DNA from: Chiloscyllium plagiosum
Taxonomy: Eukaryota
Direction: 5' to 3'
Assembly (NCBI RefSeq): GCF_004010195.1
Contig: NC_057718.1
Coordinates: 79,260,496 to 79,316,430 of the forward strand
Length of the DNA: 55,935 bases
Shown here: piece after piece, positions 48,791-55,935 of the stretch
How the letters are laid out: the number at the start of each line of letters is the position of its first letter
Numbering within the stretch: position 1 is the first letter of the stretch
Position numbers and translations under genes: made by a program
Notes under the pieces: model-generated
What the model was told of the DNA's origin: nothing
The model's database searches: none
The model's input: only the letters and a program-made list of their open reading frames with translations

Positions 48791-51159
48791 AGGTTCTGAC
48801 AGTTAACTACTTTGCTTTGACTGGTTCAGCATTTTGCTGATTTATTTTTGAAAGGTCAGTGACCTGAAACATTACCACAATTTTCTCCCCAAACTCCATA
48901 GATGCTGCCAGATCTGTAGTTATTTTGTGTACCATTTTCCTCCTCAACAGTTGCTTTGAATGCTCATTTTCCACCTTCCCCCTCTAGGCTATAGATGCCG
49001 GAACATTATGAGTTTTATGCCAGTGCTGTCTTCGCGATACTGCACATATCAGGTTTCCAACTGTTCAGGAGCTTCTGTTGATTCCTCCACCCTCTGGCCA
49101 AGTAGGTTGTGGCCAGTTGTGGAGTGACTGCCAGCAAATTATACAACCATGCCACTACCAACCCTAAGGATTGATATACAAGCATGACTTTTGGACATTC
49201 AAAAAAAAAACGTTCACAGCCTGGCAGCTGTCAAGTTTTTTTAAACTACCTCAATGGAGGAGGGGGAAGAGGGACACAGGTCTCTAATACCTTCAGCTCC
49301 AAGACTAAAATTTCAAACAGCTGAAAGCAAAACTAAAAACCTTGGGTCTGGTAAAGCCTGATTTCTACCCCCTTCTTTTTTGTCTCATTTTGTAAAAAAA
49401 AAACTATTTACTCTGCTTTCCATGGAACATGATTTGGGAGGTGCCAGTGTTGGACTGGTGTGTAGAAAGTTAAAAATCACAATACCAGGTTATAGTCTAA
49501 CAGGTTTATTTGGAAGCATGAGCTTTCAGAACAGAGACACTGCACCAGGTTTACAACATCCCTCTTTAAGGAGGAAGAGATCAGAACAAATCCCTCTTGA
49601 AAAGGCACAAATCATCACAATGTGTAAATACTTTCAACCTCGGTGGGTACAAAAGATGGCTAATTGAAGTGCTTATAGAATGTTTTGGGACATGTTTATT
49701 AAATAGTTCTTTCTGGAGATAACCAGAAAGCAGACTATACTAGATGGGATATGAAGCAATCTGTTAAGATTGAAGATCTCTAAATAACTATAATCATATT
49801 TTACATTTAGTTTGGAGGAAGAAGGGAGTGGATCAAAGACTAGAATGGTAATTTTTTTTAAAATAAAAAGGGCAATTATGAAAAAAACTCCAAAGTGAAC
49901 TGGCAAATTAGGTTAATGGTATAAGAAGTCAATAGAAATGCCATGTTAGACATTTTAAAAAGGGGATATTTCAGATAATGTTCCAATGAGAAATAAAAAT
50001 TCCAAGGGTAAGTGGTTAGCTGAAAAAAAAAAGTTAGATAGTATCAAAATAGAAAAAAAAGCATATTATTGCACAAAAACAGGTGGCCAGTCTCACTATT
50101 AAACAATGCAAAAGACTAAGTCAGGGAGGGGAACAACTAGGGTAGAGAAAGCTTGCTGGAAATAATCAACAAGAGTTTCTGTAAATAACAAAAGAAGTGA
50201 ACATTGCTCAGAGAGAAAAGTCTGAGAAAAACGAAAATTGAGATAGCAGATAACGAGAAATGTATTTTATAGTTATCCTCCCTTTCAGGACCAAAGTAAC
50301 TTCCCAGAAATGGAAGGGGGAAGGACCCCAGAAAATTACAACCACTAGGAAAGCAATACTGAATAAATTGTTGGACCAGTTGGTTGTCAAGTCTTTTAGT
50401 TATTATCCATTTTGGCAGAAGAGAAACAGCACATCATCCAAATGGTGTGAAATTACCATGTTGCAGCAGATCTGGTAGAATCTGTGAAACAAACATTTCA
50501 AGTCTAATGATTTCTTTAGAACACAGACAGTTCTGAGGAAGGTCACAAGACCCAAAACATTAACTCAGATTTCTCTTCACAGAAGCTGCTAGACCTACTT
50601 AGCTTTTCCAGCAACTTCCGATTTGGTTTCTGATTTACAGCATCCACAGTTTTTTCGGTTTCTGTTTCACACCACATTGCATCAAATGCTGTCTTGATGG
50701 CTAGGCCATATACCTCCTCCAGTAAGCTCAGTATTTTGTGTTTGGACCAAGGCTATGGAAGTCAGGAGCTAATTCACATTGGCAGAATCCAAATGCAGCA
50801 TGCCAGGTAGGTGCTGCTTTAAGTGTTGTCAATTACCCTTTGTACCAGTTGGACAACTGCTACATTGTCAGGTTGATTCCAGTTTTTCTAGTGCAGCTGC
50901 AAAACTTGCCTTGGGGTGTTAGTATTAAGACTTAAGCTTCATAACTGCCATGACAAAGATATTATAAAGGCCCAAAGGCTTCAACCATTTCTCAACAACA
51001 TGGAGTGAATTTGGCTGGAGACCAGCAGTGATGCTGGGGAACCTTAGAAGGTCAAAGGGGATCATCCACTTGTAACTAGCATCAGCCAAAAATATGAAGT
51101 GCACTACCTGCGTCTTTACACTGATGCGCTGATGGTGATAATTGTGAAACCTCCAGTTA

Positions 51160-52020
51160 GCCATAGAGATGTACAGCACGAAAACAGACCTTTCAATCCA
51201 ACTCGTCCATGCCGACTAGATATCCCAACCTAATCTAGTCCCATGTGCCAGCACCTGGCCCATATCCATCTAAGCCCTTTCTTTCATTTACCCATCCAGA
51301 TGCCTTTTTAAAAATGTTGCAATTGTACCAGCTTCCATCACTTCCTCTGGCAGCTCATTCCATACATGCACCCCTAAACCTATGCCCTCTAGTTCTGGAC
51401 TCCCCCACCCCAGGGAAAAGACTTTGTCTATTTATCCTATCCATGCCCCTCATGATTTTGTAAACCTCTATAAGGTCACCCCTCAACCTCCAATGCTCTA
51501 GGGAAAACAGCCCCAGCCTATTCAACCTCTCCAGAAAGCTCAAATCCTCCAACATTTACAAGGATGTTGCCAATCTTTTCTGAACCCTTTCAAGTTTCAC
51601 AACATCCTTCCCACAGTAAGGAGACCAGAATTGCACGCAACATTCCAAAAGTAGCCTAACCAACATCCTATACAGCTGCAACACAACCTCCTAACACCTT
51701 TACTCAATGCTCCAACCAATAAAGGAAAGCATACCAAACACCTTCTTCACTATCTTATCTACTTGCAACTCCCCTTTCAAGAAGCTATGAACCTGCACTC
51801 CAAGGTCTCTTTGTTCAGCAACACTCCCTAGAACCTTACCATCAAATGTACAGTCCTGCTAAGATTTGCTTTCCCAAAATGCAGCACCTGGCATTTATCT
51901 AAATTAAACTCCATCTGCCACTTCTCAGCCCATTGGCCAATCTGATCAAGATCCCATTGTAATCTGAAGTAACCTTCTTTGCTGTCCACTATAATTCCAA
52001 TTTTGGTGTCAACTGCAAAC
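51160..52020 (-). mobile_element. CR1/HER1-type LINE 3' portion
   Basis: ERLNRLGLFSLEHWRLRGDLIEVYKIMRGMDR..RTRGH. Confidence 0.9.
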
Positions 52021-53191
52021 TGCTAGTTGAAACAACCGTGGATTTTTGTTTAATTATCCACTGATATTGTAGCTTAAGCTCTCTTAAAAGTTTAATTATG
52101 AGCAAATGTTGACAACTGATGTGACCAAATCACCTCAAGATGTTTGTGCAGTTAGAAGATCATTTCTTAACGAGAAAGTCAAGGGCAGGAGGATAATTTG
52201 GTAGGATGAATATAAAATCACCTGGAATCTAGTCAATATAATAAATTTATGGTTGAATTGGTAGGAAGAGATACCTGGAAGGGATTGGTTCTATTCAGCG
52301 TGACCACAAAAACGACTGAATAGAAGTGGGGGAAAAAAAAAAAGGTGAACTGCGGTTCCACAAATCTTCAAAAACTTTTCCACAAGCCATTAAATTGTGC
52401 ATAATTAGTTATTTATTTTCCTTACTTTTACCTCAAACTTTTGTAGGCATACCACTTCCAACATAGCCAAAAGTGAACATTTTTAAAAGATTATAAATCG
52501 GTGTTCCTTGGAGGCCCTCGAAGGAAGAAATGAAAATCTCTAACAACCTTTATCAAGTTACTTCATATTTCCTTTGTTCTACTGGTGACAGCCACAAGTT
52601 TTCAATTCTTCCTTCATACTTTTATTTACTCATTCCATAAAGCATCCTAGCAAATGTCCATTATTCTAACCACTTAATATCCATCAATTAAAAGACATGC
52701 CTTTGCCTCGGAAAACCACTGGAATAAAAAATGAAAATATCACATCACCAACCAACAAACTGGAGATTCTAATTGAAAATTCAAATTGAAGGTTCAGCTT
52801 TGGTATGGCTATGTATTTATGAAAGAATTTTTGGTTAAATTAAGCAAGTTGAAGAAAAAGTTTAAGTCCTGCTTGAAAATGATAGCACACTCTCCAGATA
52901 GACTGACTCTCCAAAAACAATCCAGCAGAATCACATTGAGATAATGTTTCATTTTTTAAAGTTCATGTTAATTTAAATGGTTTTTGTTCTTTTAACATTG
53001 GACTTTTGGGAAAAAAAAGCATTAACTATTTTGACAAGGAGTTGCTAACTAATGTTGGTAACCTAAGGTCCTTTCATTAACAGCAGTACAGACACATGGG
53101 TAAAACAGTTTTTCTCAGGAAATCCATAAATGTGCATGTGTTGTTTTGTTATTGATACACCATTGCAGCTCAAGATAGAATCTGACTATAC

Positions 53192-53238
53192 ATAATATAA
53201 TATAATATAATATAATATATAATATAATATAATATATA
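53192..53238. repeat. (ATAAT)n microsatellite
   Basis: Read directly. Confidence 0.85.
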
Positions 53239-54143
53239 TGGTTGACAACTACTTTGATTCAGATTTACAGCAGAAAAAAAAAGGTGAAGTGAAGCCACCA
53301 TGATTTGTTAACACATTTGATAACTGAACAGTTGTTCAATTTTGACAAAAAAAAACACAATGAGCTGGTTTGAGTGGACGATAGAAAAGAGATCACTCAA
53401 TTTCTAGGGTTAACTCAGCAACTCGTTTTCCAGACAGCATCAAATACAGATCTAGGTTTTGCCCACAATTCCTTAGCTGCCTCTCCAAAACCATATGGCG
53501 GACTAGGATTCCTGATGCAGAGAAAGATGGAAGCTTTATATAAAAAAGGTATTTCTCTGTATGAATTTTAGTGTCACTAGCTCCTAATTTAATTCATCGA
53601 TTAATAACTGAAGGGAGAACAGTAAGGTATTACCTGAGACTTCAGTTTCAGCTCAAATTTAGCCCTCAGCTACAAATTTCCTTCAGCCTTGCAATTCTTA
53701 TTATGTCCAAATATTTTCCAGTGAGGGAGGTCACAAAGTTAAAATCCTGGAACTCCCTCCTTAAATAGCACTGTAGGTGTATTAGTTCAGGAAGGCAGTT
53801 CTCCACCTCCTCCTCAGGGTTGTTCAATATGCATATTTAATACTGGCATAGTCATCACGCATTTTCCACAAATTGAATAATCTTGGAAATAAAACAAGTC
53901 AACATTTTTTTGGGAGCAAATTAAATTCAATCTCTGGATGTTTGCTGTCGCCATAAGTTGTTTCATTACTACTTTTCTGGATCCTAATGTCACAGATTGA
54001 TGAATCAGCTCCAATCACAAATAAAATTATACAGGTAAAAATACTGCAGATGATAGAAATTTGAAGTACTCAATCAGTTGATAAGCACCAGTAGAGGAGA
54101 GAAAAAAAACACTAGGGTTAAAAAGGTTTAAGTTATGAATTCA

Positions 54144-54484
54144 GGGTGGCACGATAGCTCAGTGGTTAGTACTGCTGCCTCAGCACCAGGGACCCAGATT
54201 CCATCCTTGGGCAACTGTCTGCATGGAGTTTGCACATTCTCCCAGTGTCTGCACGAGTTTCTTCTGGGTGCTCCAGTTTCCTCCTATAGTCCACAGATGT
54301 GATGGTTAAGTGGACTGGGCAATTTATCATAGCCAGAGTCTAGGGAAAAGGGGGCTAGATTGATTAACCCTGCTATAGTGATTAACCCTCCATGGCTATA
54401 GGGAGGGTGGGATACCTCTAGGGAGGGCTGGTGTGGACTTGATAGGCTGAATGGCCTGCTTCAACACTGAAGGGAATCCTGTGA
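54144..54484 (+). mobile_element. V-SINE (HE1-like), roughly full length
   Basis: GGGTGGCACGATAGCTCAGTGGTTAG A-box, V-domain GGAGTTTGCACATTCT, tail GAATGGCCTG..CACTG.AGGGA. Confidence 0.85.
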
Positions 54485-54949
54485 TTAGTGCTGTTTCTGT
54501 CCACAGGTGCTTCCTGCTTGGAAGAATATTTCTAGTTTTATTTTATTCCTTATGACTATCACAGAGATTAAAGTTTAATTGAATCTAGATGAATTAAATG
54601 GCAATCCTCAGGCTTTTTGCATCATTGCTATTAACTTTATTTTTCACCAGCAATTTCATAAATAACTCCCACGCCACTCGTTACTTTCAGCTTCTAAATG
54701 ATGATTTTTTTAACAGAACTCAAGTATACAATTTTCTGCGTTTCAGCAAGCCTAAAAATAATTGATGAGCAAAGTATCAAATAACTGCACAGCATTAAAT
54801 TCATTTTTAACTATCCAAAAATTCATATTTTTCCGTATTTAATGGGAACAGAGTCAGCTGGGATAGGACTTCAAGGAATGGATTAGAATCTGCAATTAGT
54901 CCCTTTCAGTATGACAGCAAGAATAGTGGACAGGCTCACATGATTTAAC

Positions 54950-55935
54950 CAAATGTTTTGCAAGGTTTGTAGCTCAGGTTGAGGTTTAGGGTGTTGGTTT
55001 GCTCGCTGAGCTGTCGGTTTAGTATCCAGACGTTTCATTACTTGGCTAGGTAACATCATCAGTGGCAACCTCCAAGTGAAGCGAAGCTGTTGTCTCCTGC
55101 TTTCCATTTATAGGTTTGTCCTGGATGGGGTTCGTGGTGATGTCATTTCCTGTTTGTTTTCTGAGGGGTTGATAGATGGTATCTATATGTTTGTTTATAG
55201 CGTTGTGGTTGGAGTGCCCGGCCTCTAGGAATTCTGAGATGTCTTTGCTTAGCCTGTCCCAGGATAGATGTGTTGTCCCAGTCAAAATGGTAGTTTTTTT
55301 TTCCTCCGTGTGTAGGGCTACGAGGGAGAGAGGGTAGTGTCTTTTTGTGGCTAGCTGGTGTTAGTGTATCCTGGTGGCTACCTTTCTTCCTGTTTGTCCT
55401 ACGTAGTGTTTGTGGCAGTCCTTGCATGGAATTTTGTAGACGACGTTAGTTTTGTCCATGGTTTGTACTGGGTCTTTTAAGTTTGTTAGTTTGACAGCGT
55501 TGGTGAGTTTGTGCGCTATTAGGATTCAGAGGGGTCTTAGTAGTCTGGCTGTCATTTCTGAAACATCTTTGATGTATGGTAAGGTGGTTAGGGTTTCTGG
55601 CTGTGTTTGGTCTGCTTGTCGTGCTGCAGTGTGAGGTGGCTCGTTGGAATAGTGTTCTATCCCAACGAGCCACCTCACACTGCAGTTTAGATGAACTTCG
55701 GAAAACAGGAGAACCACCTATACAACATATTCAAGAAGAACGGATACTCAAAATACAGTCCGCAGATTCCTCAAGAACAAACCATGACAAGCAGACCAAA
55801 CACAGCTAGAAACCCTAACCACCTTACCATACAAAGATGTTTCAGAAATGACAGCCAGACTAAGACCCCTCGGAATCCTAAGAGCACACAAACTCACCAA
55901 CACTCTCAAACTAACAAACTTAAAAGACCCAGTAC
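54950..55935. mobile_element. Penelope-like inverted insertion running off the window end
   Basis: Minus arm about 54950-55652 (TLPYIKDVSEMTARLLRPL, HFDWDNTSILGQ), plus arm from 55657, hairpin junction. Confidence 0.85.
55026..55065 (-). ncRNA. Minimal type I hammerhead ribozyme motif in the Penelope-like terminal repeat
   Basis: CCA-CTGATGA-T-GTTAC-CTAGCCAA-GTAAT-GAAAC-GTC-TGG: stem I CCA/TGG, intact core, stem II, ACGT palindromic stem III, GUC site. Confidence 0.7.

Overview
Vertebrate genomic DNA, almost certainly a shark: it is full of HE1/V-SINE-type tRNA-derived SINEs, HER1/CR1-type LINEs and Penelope-like elements. The window covers the 5' half of an AGPAT4-like lysophosphatidic acid acyltransferase gene on the minus strand: a probable CpG-rich promoter/non-coding exon near 48.3-48.8 kb, the first coding exon (29453-29276) and the next coding exon (5927-5758, NHxxxxD motif). 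The rest is repeat-rich intron or upstream sequence. The standout feature is a near full-length, frameshifted clade-A R2 retrotransposon (about 141-4665, + strand) with three zinc fingers, Myb, RT, CCHC knuckle and restriction-like endonuclease. It lies in an intron, against a CR1 fragment, instead of in 28S rDNA. It keeps an HDV-like ribozyme core at its 5' end and the 28S target tag TAGCCAAAT at its 3' junction. Several Penelope-like insertions form inverted repeats with target-site duplications and carry minimal hammerhead ribozyme motifs. All calls were made by eye; repeat boundaries are approximate unless a TSD or splice site is given.
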